From contig DASZWB010000001.1 of assembly GCA_035546815.1 (NCBI GenBank), forward strand, positions 20,667 to 84,666: DNA of 64,000 bases, read 5' to 3'. The stretch's first letter is position 1. The number at the start of each line of letters is the position of its first letter. Shown piece after piece: positions 15,442 to 23,357 of the stretch. Origin of the DNA: Candidatus Saccharimonadales bacterium. GTDB lineage: Bacteria > Patescibacteriota > Saccharimonadia > Saccharimonadales > UBA4665. Position numbers and translations under genes: made by a program. Under the pieces are notes generated by a model, which searched no databases, was not told where the DNA came from, and saw only the letters and a program-made list of their open reading frames with translations.

Positions 15442-16512
15442 ATGAGCCTTACAAAAATAAAAACTCAGCTTAAAAATCGTCTGGCGCGGCTGCGGCCGAA
15501 GCCTGTTTCGCGGCGGGCGCTGCGTATGGCCGAGCCTCTGCTGTTTACTGCCGCTCTGCTGACGGCGGCGGTTGGTTGGCAGTTTGCCGTGGCGCGGCCG
15601 GCGGCCAGTCACACTGCTCCGCAAAAAAGTATTCACCAGACGGCGGCCAAACATCAACCGGCGGCCAAACCAAAAGCCGCGCCGGCGGCAGCACCGGCGG
15701 CCGCGCCCCAAACGCCAGCGGCAGCCAGCACCGCGCCCGCCGCCGCACCAAAACCGCCCGCGCCGGCACCGGCCGGCAGCTCCAAGACCGAGCCGGTGGT
15801 CACGCCGTCACCGGCCAGCAGCGTTAGCGGGCTGACCCCGACTTCGACCGCACCGAGCGGCTCGACGGGCGGCAGTCAGCAAGTCACCAGCGGCTACTAT
15901 TCCACCAACTGGTCGGGCTATATGGCCAGCAACGGCACGTTTACGGCGGTATCCGGGTCGTGGCACGCCACGTCGCCCAGCGGTAACGGCTCGACGACTT
16001 CGGCTGATTCGACCTGGATCGGCATCGGCGGCGTCACCTCCAGCGATTTGATCCAAGTCGGCACCGAAAACATCGTTAGCGCCAGCGGCCAAGTTTCCAC
16101 CTCGGCCTTTTACGAACTGTTGCCTGCCTATGCCGTAACGGTGCCTGGCGTGAGCGTGTCAGCCGGCGACAGCATGAGCGCCAGCATCACCAACCTGGGC
16201 GGCTCCAGCTGGAAAATCAGCATTATCGACAACAGCGACGGGCAATCCTTTTCGATAACGGTGTCGTACGCCTCGTCGCTGTCTTCGGCGGAATGGATCG
16301 AGGAAGACCCCAGCTACTCGGCGCACCGACAGATTCCGTTCGACAATTTTCAGGCCGCCTACTTCGCGGGTACCTCAACTGTCGAAAACGGCAGCGCCGT
16401 GAACCTGTCCGGCAGCACCGCGCAGCCGATCATCATGGTCGGCGGTGCGGGCCAGTTCATCGCCGTGCCGTCGGTGATCAGCGGCGGCAGCGCCTTTAGC
16501 GTCACGCCGTAG
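15442..16512 (+). CDS. Secreted peptidase G1 (eqolisin / Peptidase_A4-like glutamic peptidase) with Ala/Pro-rich linker
   Basis: YYSTNWSGYMA...DSTWIGIGG...SSAEWIEEDPS match the eqolisin motifs (NWaG, WvGiDG, aEWIvEd). A TM/signal segment and an A/P-rich spacer precede the domain. The start could instead be GTG at 15421. Confidence 0.55.
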   Translation: MSLTKIKTQLKNRLARLRPKPVSRRALRMAEPLLFTAALLTAAVGWQFAVARPAASHTAPQKSIHQTAAKHQPAAKPKAAPAAAPAAAPQTPAAASTAPAAAPKPPAPAPAGSSKTEPVVTPSPASSVSGLTPTSTAPSGSTGGSQQVTSGYYSTNWSGYMASNGTFTAVSGSWHATSPSGNGSTTSADSTWIGIGGVTSSDLIQVGTENIVSASGQVSTSAFYELLPAYAVTVPGVSVSAGDSMSASITNLGGSSWKISIIDNSDGQSFSITVSYASSLSSAEWIEEDPSYSAHRQIPFDNFQAAYFAGTSTVENGSAVNLSGSTAQPIIMVGGAGQFIAVPSVISGGSAFSVTP

Positions 16513-16524
16513 TTCGGCGCCAGG

Positions 16525-16803
16525 CTACTCGTCGGCGTCGAAGGCTTTGCGCAGCTCGGCCTTGGCGGCGTTGAGAGTTTGGCGACGGCTGGCTGGCAGG
16601 TTTTTGCCGGCGCGGTTGATGTAAAAGTTGAGCATCGACATGGCGGATTGGCGGGCTGAAGCCTTGCGGCGCTGGCTGGTTTCGGCGGATTTTTTGAGCG
16701 AGCGGGCGATTTTGCGCGGGTCATCCCAGGTAAAAACGCCTTTTTCTAGGTCTAGCGCGTCGCTCCGTTCGGTGACGCGGTGCGACCAGCGTTTGGCGGG
16801 CAT
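16525..16803 (-). CDS. DUF3175 domain protein
   Basis: ALDLEKGVFTWDDPRKIARSLKKSAETSQRRKASARQSAMSMLNFYINRAGKNLPASRRQTL is typical DUF3175. Start set at the internal ATG (MPAKRW) because the 170-aa version overlaps the upstream ORF. Confidence 0.7.
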   Translation of the reverse strand: MPAKRWSHRVTERSDALDLEKGVFTWDDPRKIARSLKKSAETSQRRKASARQSAMSMLNFYINRAGKNLPASRRQTLNAAKAELRKAFDADE

Positions 16804-16807
16804 GACT

Positions 16808-17089
16808 CTACTCCTTGTGGCGGCGCTGGTCTTTGGCGGGGTCGTAGCCTTCGACGGTGTTGCCGGCGTTGGGCTCCTCGACCTCGGCGCCTTCGTTATA
16901 GAGCTCCTCAAAATCCTGATCGTCGTCTTGCTGCGGATAATCCTTGGTTTCGCGCTCGCCGCGGATTTCGCGGTCCAGATTTTCGTCGGCCGGATCGTCG
17001 CGGCTGGGCGTTGGCAGGGCGGCCGGCGTGTCGCCATCCTCGGGTAATTTCTCTAATTTTTCTTCGTCGTTTGGCTCATCGGGCGGCAT
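16808..17089 (-). CDS. Small highly acidic hypothetical protein
   Basis: 93-aa D/E-rich ORF ending 5 nt before the DUF3175 start. Its third-position GC bias matches neighbouring genes. Confidence 0.4.
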   Translation of the reverse strand: MPPDEPNDEEKLEKLPEDGDTPAALPTPSRDDPADENLDREIRGERETKDYPQQDDDQDFEELYNEGAEVEEPNAGNTVEGYDPAKDQRRHKE

Positions 17090-17160
17090 GGCGGGCTCCT
17101 TTTATGATAATTCCAGCATAGCTAAGCCGGCGGCAAAAGAACAGTAAGAAAAGCTACAGC

Positions 17161-18288
17161 TTAGACTTTGATGTATTCGTGGACCGGTTCTTTGGCTTGC
17201 AGCGGCTTGGTGTAGATGGTGATGGGCTGGTAGGTGAACTGGATGTGGGCGGCGTGCAGGCTGCTGCCGTTGGAGTCGATGACCTTGACGATTTCCAGCG
17301 TGTAGCCGGTGTTGATGATGCCCGAAGTTTGGCCGGGTTTGAGGCGGAAGAGTTCGGCGGACAGCACCGGCGACAGGCTGCGATCATTAACGCTGATAGC
17401 GTTTGGATATTGGCCGCCGCCGGCTTTGGTGGCGGTGTCGTCAGACACTTGCTGGGCCAGCTTGCCGAAGTCAGCGCCGCCTTCCAGCTGCTGGAGCGCT
17501 GCTTGGGCCCGCTGGTTGGTGCGGGTATCCAGTTTGGCCACCACGGCCTGCTGCAACAGCTGCTGCCGCAGTTCGCGCTGGAAATCGCTCTCGCTCCAGC
17601 CCCAAAACTCATTCAGCACTTCTTTGAAGACGTGGTCGTTGTTGCCGAGGCGGTTCTGGCTGCGCAGCAGCGACACCTCGTTAGTAACGGCCTGCTGGCT
17701 GACCGACACGTGGTGCTGAGCGGCCAGCTGCTTAACATAAGCATCTTGAACGACCTCGCTCATGGCCTGTTCTTTGAGGCGTTTTAGCTGAGCTTTGCCG
17801 TCTTTGGTCGAGAAATTAGCCTGTTGCTGCGTTTGGTAATAATGCATGTCGCGGCGCAGCTCAAACAGATACGATTCGTAGCTGATCCAGTTGGAACCGG
17901 CTTTGGCGACCGGAAACGGCGCGACTTTGGTGACGCCGTACAGAAAACCGGAAGTCGACTGGAATTTGTAGAGCGCCAGGCCGCAGTAAACGAAAAAGGC
18001 GATCAGCACGGCCAATAATATGAGAATCGAATTGCGCACCACGTGGCGCTTGGAGTGCTGCAGCGGATAAATGTACTTGCGGGCCGTGGACAGCACTTCT
18101 TCGCGGTGCTCCTCGACGGTGTCGCTGGTAATCCGCGGCACGTTGCTCAGCGCCTCGGTCACCCGCTCTTCGGCTGGCTTGCCGCGCTTAAAAGGCCGTT
18201 TCAGCTTAACCTGCGGCCGCTTAAGGTTAAGGGCCAGCTTGGGCTGCTTCAGCCTAGATTTCTTCGACTGCTTCGATGTCTTCTTCAT
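17161..18288 (-). CDS. Membrane-anchored parvulin-type peptidyl-prolyl isomerase (PrsA/SurA-like)
   Basis: Basic N-terminus, one TM, and a C-terminal PpiC-like block ADFGKLAQQVSDDTATKAGGGQY...GQTSGIINTGYTLEIVKV. Confidence 0.55.
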   Translation of the reverse strand: MKKTSKQSKKSRLKQPKLALNLKRPQVKLKRPFKRGKPAEERVTEALSNVPRITSDTVEEHREEVLSTARKYIYPLQHSKRHVVRNSILILLAVLIAFFVYCGLALYKFQSTSGFLYGVTKVAPFPVAKAGSNWISYESYLFELRRDMHYYQTQQQANFSTKDGKAQLKRLKEQAMSEVVQDAYVKQLAAQHHVSVSQQAVTNEVSLLRSQNRLGNNDHVFKEVLNEFWGWSESDFQRELRQQLLQQAVVAKLDTRTNQRAQAALQQLEGGADFGKLAQQVSDDTATKAGGGQYPNAISVNDRSLSPVLSAELFRLKPGQTSGIINTGYTLEIVKVIDSNGSSLHAAHIQFTYQPITIYTKPLQAKEPVHEYIKV

Positions 18289-18883
18289 TATCGGTAGTGG
18301 TGGCGTTATCGTCGTCGCTGACCGGCGATGAGCGCTTTTTGGCGTTGCCCGGATACGGCTCGGCGTTAATGCCTTCGTCGCGCAGAATACTCAGGATTTG
18401 CTTTTGGATCTTGGCCGGATGATGCACGTCGTGAATAACCATATCTCCCACGTAAGTCTGCATCTTTATTGTACCAAATCCGAGCAGGGTTTCCTGCAGG
18501 CCCGACACCTCGTAATTGACTGATTGGATCTGCGGCAGCCCCAGATCGGCCACCGCGCGGTGGAAGAGCCCCTTTTGGGTGATCTGAATAAAGCGCTGAT
18601 CGGTCAGAATGAAGACGCTGAAGTGCCAGCCGATCCAGCTGGGCGCGAAAATCAGCAGGCCGAGCAAGCAGCCGGCGGCGAAGCCGCCGAAAAACACGCC
18701 AAAGCCGAGGTTCGGATCAACCGCTGACGGCAGCACGCCAATCAGCGGCCCCAGCAGGCCAAACACCAGCCCTTTACGCATCACAATCGGGTGCTTGCGA
18801 AAGACAAACAACACTTCTTCGTCGTCGAACTGGTCGTCGAAGTATTTTTGAGGTTTGTCCGCTGTTTGTTCGGCTTCGGCCAT
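18254..18883 (-). CDS. Membrane protein with bacterial PH (YdbS/YdbT-like) domain
   Basis: A two-TM hairpin followed by FILTDQRFIQITQKGLFHRAVADLGLPQIQSVNYEVSGLQETLLGFGTIKM. The C-terminal tail is acidic. Confidence 0.45.
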   Translation of the reverse strand: MAEAEQTADKPQKYFDDQFDDEEVLFVFRKHPIVMRKGLVFGLLGPLIGVLPSAVDPNLGFGVFFGGFAAGCLLGLLIFAPSWIGWHFSVFILTDQRFIQITQKGLFHRAVADLGLPQIQSVNYEVSGLQETLLGFGTIKMQTYVGDMVIHDVHHPAKIQKQILSILRDEGINAEPYPGNAKKRSSPVSDDDNATTTDNEEDIEAVEEI

Positions 18884-18997
18884 ACGAGTATTGTATCAAA
18901 CCCTCCTGAACTTCCCGGGCGGACCGATCGGCTACCAAATCACTTTAGCTTATGATACAATCCAAGGGAATATAGCGTTCCGCAATAAGGAACTTAT

Positions 18998-21133
18998 ATG
19001 ACACAAAAACACTCTATCCTAAAAAAATTTCCGCTTTACATTGTGGCGCTGCTGGTGGCGTCGTGTAGTTTGCTGCCGCTGGCCGCGGCTGACAGCGGTT
19101 GCGACAGCCTTGATTTCAACGGCGGATCAGGCACCGCGGCGGACCCATGGCAAGTAAACACCGCCGCCCAACTCGACAACGTGCGCGATTGCCTGGGCAG
19201 CGGCACGCTGAGCTATTATTTTGTACAAACCGCCAATATCAACTTGGGTGTAGCACCGTATAATCAAGACACCGGCTGGACGCCGCTCGGCAACAGCGCC
19301 GCGCCGTTTTACGGTTTTTACGATGGCGCCGGCCACACGATAAGCGGACTTGATATAAACCAGCCAACTGACGCGACTACCTCCAGCAACCCGGCCGCCT
19401 TCGGCCTCGGCCTGTTTGGGTACACGCAAAATGCTACCATTATGAACCTGGCTGTCACCGGCGCCAGCCTAACTGGCAGCGGCACGATGGGCGGCCTGAT
19501 AGGCTCGGCGACCGGAACTAATATTTATAATTCCTCCGCGGCCGGCAGTCTGGAGGGACGGTACCGGCTGGGCGGTCTGGCCGGCTTTGCCAGCGGCGGC
19601 ACGATCTTCAGCAGCCACTCCGGCATCAACATCAAGGGTGACGGCAGCCAGAACACCACCGGCAGCGACCCGACGCAGCAATCGTATCAACAAGGCGGCT
19701 TGGTGGGCTACCTGGGGTCAAACGGCGCCATCATTCGCTCTTATGCCAGCGGCAATATCAGCGGTTACCAAGTAGGCGATACCCGCGAACAAGTCGGCGG
19801 GCTGGTGGGCGGGCTCTGGGGAGCTCAGAGCAGTATCCTCGACAGTTACGCGACCGGCGCGGTGGACGGCGGCAAATATAGTACCGGCGGGCTGGTGGGC
19901 CGCGTCGGCTCCAGTACGGCCTCCATCAATAATAGCTTTGCGACCGGCGCCGTAACCGGTGTAAGCGGCCAGACCGGCGGCTTGGTGGGCGGCACGGCGG
20001 GCACCATTGCCTATGCCGGTGCCGACAATTTTTGGGATGAAGACACCACCACCTTGACCGTCTCGGGCGGCACCGCCGAAACCGGCGAAACGACCGCTGA
20101 GATGAAAGACAGCGCAACCTTTACGGCGGCCGGCTGGGATTTCGACGCCATCTGGACCATCGACTCCTCCACGAACGGCGGCTATCCCTTCCTGCAGCCG
20201 GCCTACGCGGTCGTCCCCATCGCGGCCGGCAACGGCACCATCAGCCCTTCGACCATGCAGATCGCCGGCGCCGGCCAGAGTCTTGCCTTTACCATGACGC
20301 CCGCCAGCGGCTACGGCGACAGCGTTAGCGGCACTTGCAGCGGCACCCTGTCGGCCGGCGTCTTCACAACTGATTCAACCAATCAAGCCTGTACGGTGAT
20401 TGACAGTTTCCCGCCGAACACCTATAGCGTTACTTTCGACACGCAGGGCGGCTCGAGTGTGGCGCCCCTGTCGCAGGCCTATACCGGCACCATCAGTCTG
20501 CCAGCCGCGCCGACGCGCGCCCATTATACTTTTACCGGCTGGAACACCGCGGCTGACGGCAGCGGCACCAGCTACAATGCCGGCGACAGCTTTAGTATGC
20601 CGCTCAACGGCACCACCCTTTATGCCCAATGGTCGCCTCAGCAATACAGCCTGCAGTACAGCGCTGGCAGCGGCGGCTCGGTGACTGGTTCTGCCTCCCA
20701 AACCGTTACCTATGGTGCCGACGGCGCGGCAATCACGGCCGTGCCGGACGCCGGCTACAAGTTCACTGGCTGGAGTGACGGCGTGACCGCCAACCCGCGG
20801 ACCGACCGCGCGATCAGCCAGGATATATCTGTTACGGCAGAGTTCGCGCCCCTGGCCGGCCCTGTCTCAGCCGGCCCTGTCAATAAGTCGACGGTGACCT
20901 CAAAGGTGGCGGCTGGTCAGGCTCAGGCGGCTCAATTTTTTGCCATCGCTTCGCCCACAGCTTCATCGAAGGCAGCAAGTCCTTCCGCCGCCCGCCAGGT
21001 AGCCCAGGCAGCCGCACCGCTCAACAGCCGTAAATCAAGCGCCGACAACTGGGTCATCCTCGTGGCCGTCAGCCTTATGCTCGCTCTGTTCCTCATTCTG
21101 GTGTTCCGCCGCCGGCGCGCTGACAAACAGTAA
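18998..21133 (+). CDS. Large surface protein with GLUG-type repeats and Listeria-Bacteroides (Flg_new/InlB B-repeat) domains, C-terminal TM anchor
   Basis: Signal peptide, then repeated GGL(I/A/V)G motifs (GLUG-like). YSVTFDTQGGSSV...YTFTGWNTAADGSGTSYNAGDSF...LYAQW and YKFTGWSDGV are Listeria-Bacteroides repeats. The protein ends in a TM segment plus RRRRADKQ. Confidence 0.65.
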   Translation: MTQKHSILKKFPLYIVALLVASCSLLPLAAADSGCDSLDFNGGSGTAADPWQVNTAAQLDNVRDCLGSGTLSYYFVQTANINLGVAPYNQDTGWTPLGNSAAPFYGFYDGAGHTISGLDINQPTDATTSSNPAAFGLGLFGYTQNATIMNLAVTGASLTGSGTMGGLIGSATGTNIYNSSAAGSLEGRYRLGGLAGFASGGTIFSSHSGINIKGDGSQNTTGSDPTQQSYQQGGLVGYLGSNGAIIRSYASGNISGYQVGDTREQVGGLVGGLWGAQSSILDSYATGAVDGGKYSTGGLVGRVGSSTASINNSFATGAVTGVSGQTGGLVGGTAGTIAYAGADNFWDEDTTTLTVSGGTAETGETTAEMKDSATFTAAGWDFDAIWTIDSSTNGGYPFLQPAYAVVPIAAGNGTISPSTMQIAGAGQSLAFTMTPASGYGDSVSGTCSGTLSAGVFTTDSTNQACTVIDSFPPNTYSVTFDTQGGSSVAPLSQAYTGTISLPAAPTRAHYTFTGWNTAADGSGTSYNAGDSFSMPLNGTTLYAQWSPQQYSLQYSAGSGGSVTGSASQTVTYGADGAAITAVPDAGYKFTGWSDGVTANPRTDRAISQDISVTAEFAPLAGPVSAGPVNKSTVTSKVAAGQAQAAQFFAIASPTASSKAASPSAARQVAQAAAPLNSRKSSADNWVILVAVSLMLALFLILVFRRRRADKQ

Positions 21134-21143
21134 GACAGGTCTT

Positions 21144-21169
21144 TGGTATCCCCAAACGGATTCGAACCC
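21144..21169 (-). pseudogene. tRNA 3'-end remnant (T-loop, acceptor 3' strand, CCA only)
   Basis: The reverse strand reads GGGTTCGAATCCGTTTGGGGATACCA. No matching 5' half, D-arm or anticodon arm can be folded from the upstream 50 nt. Confidence 0.45.
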
Positions 21170-21205
21170 AAAAAGCCAAGGTCTTGGCTTTTTGTAGACG
21201 CGAAC
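21167..21205. repeat. Intergenic module copy C (inverted relative to copies A and B)
   Basis: CCC-AAAAAGCCAAG-gt-CTTGGCTTTTT-GTAGACGCGAAC. The hairpin at 21170-21193 probably terminates the surface-protein gene. Confidence 0.65.
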
Positions 21206-21220
21206 GAAGTGCCGTTTGCT

Positions 21221-21295
21221 TGGTGTCCCCACTGCGATTCGAACACAGATCTGCTCCTTAGGACGGAGTTATTCTATCCATTGAACTATGGGGAC
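21221..21295 (-). tRNA. tRNA-Arg (anticodon CCT)
   Basis: The reverse strand reads GTCCCCA-TA-GTTC-AATGGATA-GAAT-A-ACTCC-GTCCTAA-GGAGC-AGAT-CTGTG-TTCGAAT-CGCAG-TGGGGAC-A-CCA, with a 27-43 A-C mismatch. Confidence 0.8.
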
Positions 21296-21304
21296 TCGCT
21301 ACTG

Positions 21305-21333
21305 ATTGTAACAGTAGTCGGCGCTAGTTTCAC
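21305..21333 (-). promoter_or_regulatory. Putative tRNA-Arg promoter GTGAAA-N17-TACAAT
   Basis: -35-like box is the complement of 21328-21333 and -10 TACAAT is the complement of 21305-21310, with an exact 17-nt spacer. The -10 ends 9 nt before the mature tRNA 5' end. Confidence 0.5.
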
Positions 21334-21384
21334 TGAACGACGCTTTGCTCGCGTCTACAAAAAGGCCTGCTAGGCCTTTTTGGG
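21327..21384. repeat. Intergenic module copy B (includes ndk terminator hairpin)
   Basis: GTTTCACTGAAC-GACGCTTTGCTCGCGTC-TAC-AAAAAGGCC-tgcta-GGCCTTTTT-GGG. The hairpin at 21359-21381 overlaps the ndk stop codon. Confidence 0.7.
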
Positions 21385-21876
21385 TTGGGTGAACTTTTCG
21401 TGGACGGCGGTGTAGTCGTGGAGTTCGTCGGGCTTGAACCAGTGAGCAATTTCTTTGTCCGCTTCCTCGGCGGTGGCTGAGGCGTGGATGATGTTGGCCA
21501 CGCCGCGGCCAATGCTGGCCGCCTGGCCGTAGGTGACGTGCGCGTAATCACCCCTGATGGTGCCCGGCAAGGCGCTCTTGGGCTCGGTGTCGCCGGTCAT
21601 TTTGCGGACGGCGTCCACGGCCTCAACGCCCTCCAGCACCATGGCGATCACCGGTCCGTCCTGCATGGAAGCCAGCTGGCTCTCGAAAATCTCGTCGCCC
21701 TTGCGGGTTTTGAGGGTGCCGATGCCCTCGTAGTGTTCAAAATAGTGTTCACGGCCGGGCTCGAGCATTTTCATGCCGACGATTTTGAAGCCGGCGTGCT
21801 CAAAACGAGTAATAATTTCGCCGACGATGCCGCGAGCCACGGCGTCCGGCTTGAAAATGACGAGTGTTTTTTCCAT
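21370..21876 (-). CDS. ndk: Nucleoside-diphosphate kinase
   Basis: MEKTLVIFKPDAVARGIVGEIITRFEHAGFKIVGMKML..., a classical NDK N-terminus. The protein is 168 aa. Confidence 0.9.
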   Translation of the reverse strand: MEKTLVIFKPDAVARGIVGEIITRFEHAGFKIVGMKMLEPGREHYFEHYEGIGTLKTRKGDEIFESQLASMQDGPVIAMVLEGVEAVDAVRKMTGDTEPKSALPGTIRGDYAHVTYGQAASIGRGVANIIHASATAEEADKEIAHWFKPDELHDYTAVHEKFTQPKKA

Positions 21877-21884
21877 GAATCTCC

Positions 21885-22274
21885 TTATTTACGGGTCTTT
21901 CGCGTTGGTGTTGTTCGCTGCTGATATTCTATCACGAGCCGCGCGCCCAGCGCATCGGCCAGCCTCAACAATGTGTTCAGACTGGGGTTGGCCTTGCCGC
22001 CCTCGATTTTGGACACCCGCTCCTGGTTCATAGCGGCCCGCTCGGCCAGCATAGTCTGCGACAATCTGCGCCGGTTGCGAGCATCGGCCAGCTGGAAGCC
22101 TATCAGTCGCCGATCCGTCAGCAGCAGATCGGCGTTGGCTCGCTGCTTGTCGGCCGCCTTAAAGTCGCGCTCCCGCTCCAGCTGCGCCATGGCCTCGGCC
22201 TGCAGCTTCTCGATTTGCCGATCGTAACTGCTCATGCCTGCTCTTGTCTGCCCGTCCCGAGATTTACTATTCAT
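21885..22274 (-). CDS. XRE-family helix-turn-helix transcriptional regulator
   Basis: C-terminal RRLSQTMLAERAAMNQERVSKIEGGKANPSLNTLLRLADALG is an HTH_XRE domain. The N-terminal ~55 aa are coiled-coil-like. Confidence 0.7.
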   Translation of the reverse strand: MNSKSRDGQTRAGMSSYDRQIEKLQAEAMAQLERERDFKAADKQRANADLLLTDRRLIGFQLADARNRRRLSQTMLAERAAMNQERVSKIEGGKANPSLNTLLRLADALGARLVIEYQQRTTPTRKTRK

Positions 22275-22279
22275 AAAGT

Positions 22280-22336
22280 GAGTATATCATATAATATATG
22301 GATAACAGATGGGGGTATATTATATATGATATATCG
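22280..22336. promoter_or_regulatory. AT-rich dyad element, copy 2 (inverted relative to copy 1)
   Basis: Arms TATATCATATA (22283-22293) and TATATGATATA (22323-22333) around TAACAGAT. The element lies immediately upstream of the XRE gene ATG and contains its TATACT -10 box. Confidence 0.5.
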
Positions 22337-22439
22337 CTAAATCGCAGAGGACGATTGCCGAGCCCCCAGCCTCCTCCCCTGGCCTCCAAACCAGCCGACT
22401 TCTCGTGCAGCCCACGTCGCACAATGATATACTGAGCCT

Positions 22440-23354
22440 ATGCTCTTCGCTAAAGCCAAGACCGACTTTCTGGAATATCTGGAGCTCGAACAGAACCGCT
22501 CGCAGAAAACCATCGAAAACTATAACCATTATTTGACCCGCTTGATCGATTTTGCCGGCGACATTAAGGTGGCAGATATTGATGCCGAGCTGATCCGTAA
22601 ATGGCGGCTCTGGCTGAACCGTTTGGGCACCAATACCTCTGATGAATTGAGTAAAACCACGCAGAATTACCACTTGATTGCGCTGCGCAGCTTTTTGAAG
22701 TTTTGCGCCAAACGTAACATCCCCGCCCTGACGGCCGACAAGGTGGAGCTGGCGCGTACTCGGCGCAAGCAAGTCACGTTCTTGAACGAAGACGAGCTGC
22801 AGCGAATATTTGCGCAGCCTAATCTGAACACCCTAAACGGCGTGCGCGACCGCGCCATCCTGGAACTGCTTTTTAGTTCGGGCCTGCGCGTTAGCGAGCT
22901 GGTGGGGTTGGACCGCGATCACATCAATCTGAAGCGGCGCGAATTTATGGTGCGCGGCAAAGGCCAGAAAGACCGGCCGATTTTCATCAGTCCCGAAGCC
23001 GCCAAGTGGGTTGAACACTATTTGCAGAAGCGTCAGGACACTTCGCGGCCTTTATTTGTGCGTTACAGCGGGCGCAAACAGGTTGATTTGTCCGGCAATT
23101 TTCACCGGCTGACGGCCCGCAGCGTGCAGCGGCTGGTGGCGCGCTACGCACGGCTTTCTGGCATCACTAAGCACGTCAGTCCGCACACCCTGCGGCACTC
23201 GTTCGCGACCGACTTGCTGATGAACGGCGCCGACCTGCGCTCCGTGCAGGCCATGCTCGGCCACAGCAACATCGCCACCACCCAGATTTATACGCACGTC
23301 ACCGATCCCCACTTGCGCGCGGTGCACGAGAAGTTTCATCGGCACGGGGAGTAA
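22440..23354 (+). CDS. Tyrosine site-specific recombinase, XerC/XerD family
   Basis: N-terminal SAM-like core-binding domain. The C-terminal catalytic region has HTLRHSFATDLLMNGADLRSVQAMLGHSNIATTQIYTHV (R..HxxR..Y). Confidence 0.8.
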   Translation: MLFAKAKTDFLEYLELEQNRSQKTIENYNHYLTRLIDFAGDIKVADIDAELIRKWRLWLNRLGTNTSDELSKTTQNYHLIALRSFLKFCAKRNIPALTADKVELARTRRKQVTFLNEDELQRIFAQPNLNTLNGVRDRAILELLFSSGLRVSELVGLDRDHINLKRREFMVRGKGQKDRPIFISPEAAKWVEHYLQKRQDTSRPLFVRYSGRKQVDLSGNFHRLTARSVQRLVARYARLSGITKHVSPHTLRHSFATDLLMNGADLRSVQAMLGHSNIATTQIYTHVTDPHLRAVHEKFHRHGE

Positions 23355-23357
23355 TGA

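Noticed and set aside
21144-21220. A 77-nt segment after tRNA-Arg as a second intact tRNA, possibly class II with a long variable arm
   Set aside because: The T-stem 5' strand is not complementary (TTGGG versus CCGTT). No D-arm or acceptor 5' strand exists, and the would-be variable arm is the A5/T5 terminator hairpin of the repeat module. Only the 3' terminal ~26 nt are tRNA-like.
22440-23354. The Xer-type tyrosine recombinase as marker of an integrated mobile element or the recombinase acting on the 47.6-49.3 kb inverted repeats
   Set aside because: The gene has housekeeping XerC/XerD-like length and motifs. It has no adjacent att-like repeats or phage/plasmid genes, and it lies 24 kb from the IR-bounded units. 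There is no sequence evidence linking them.
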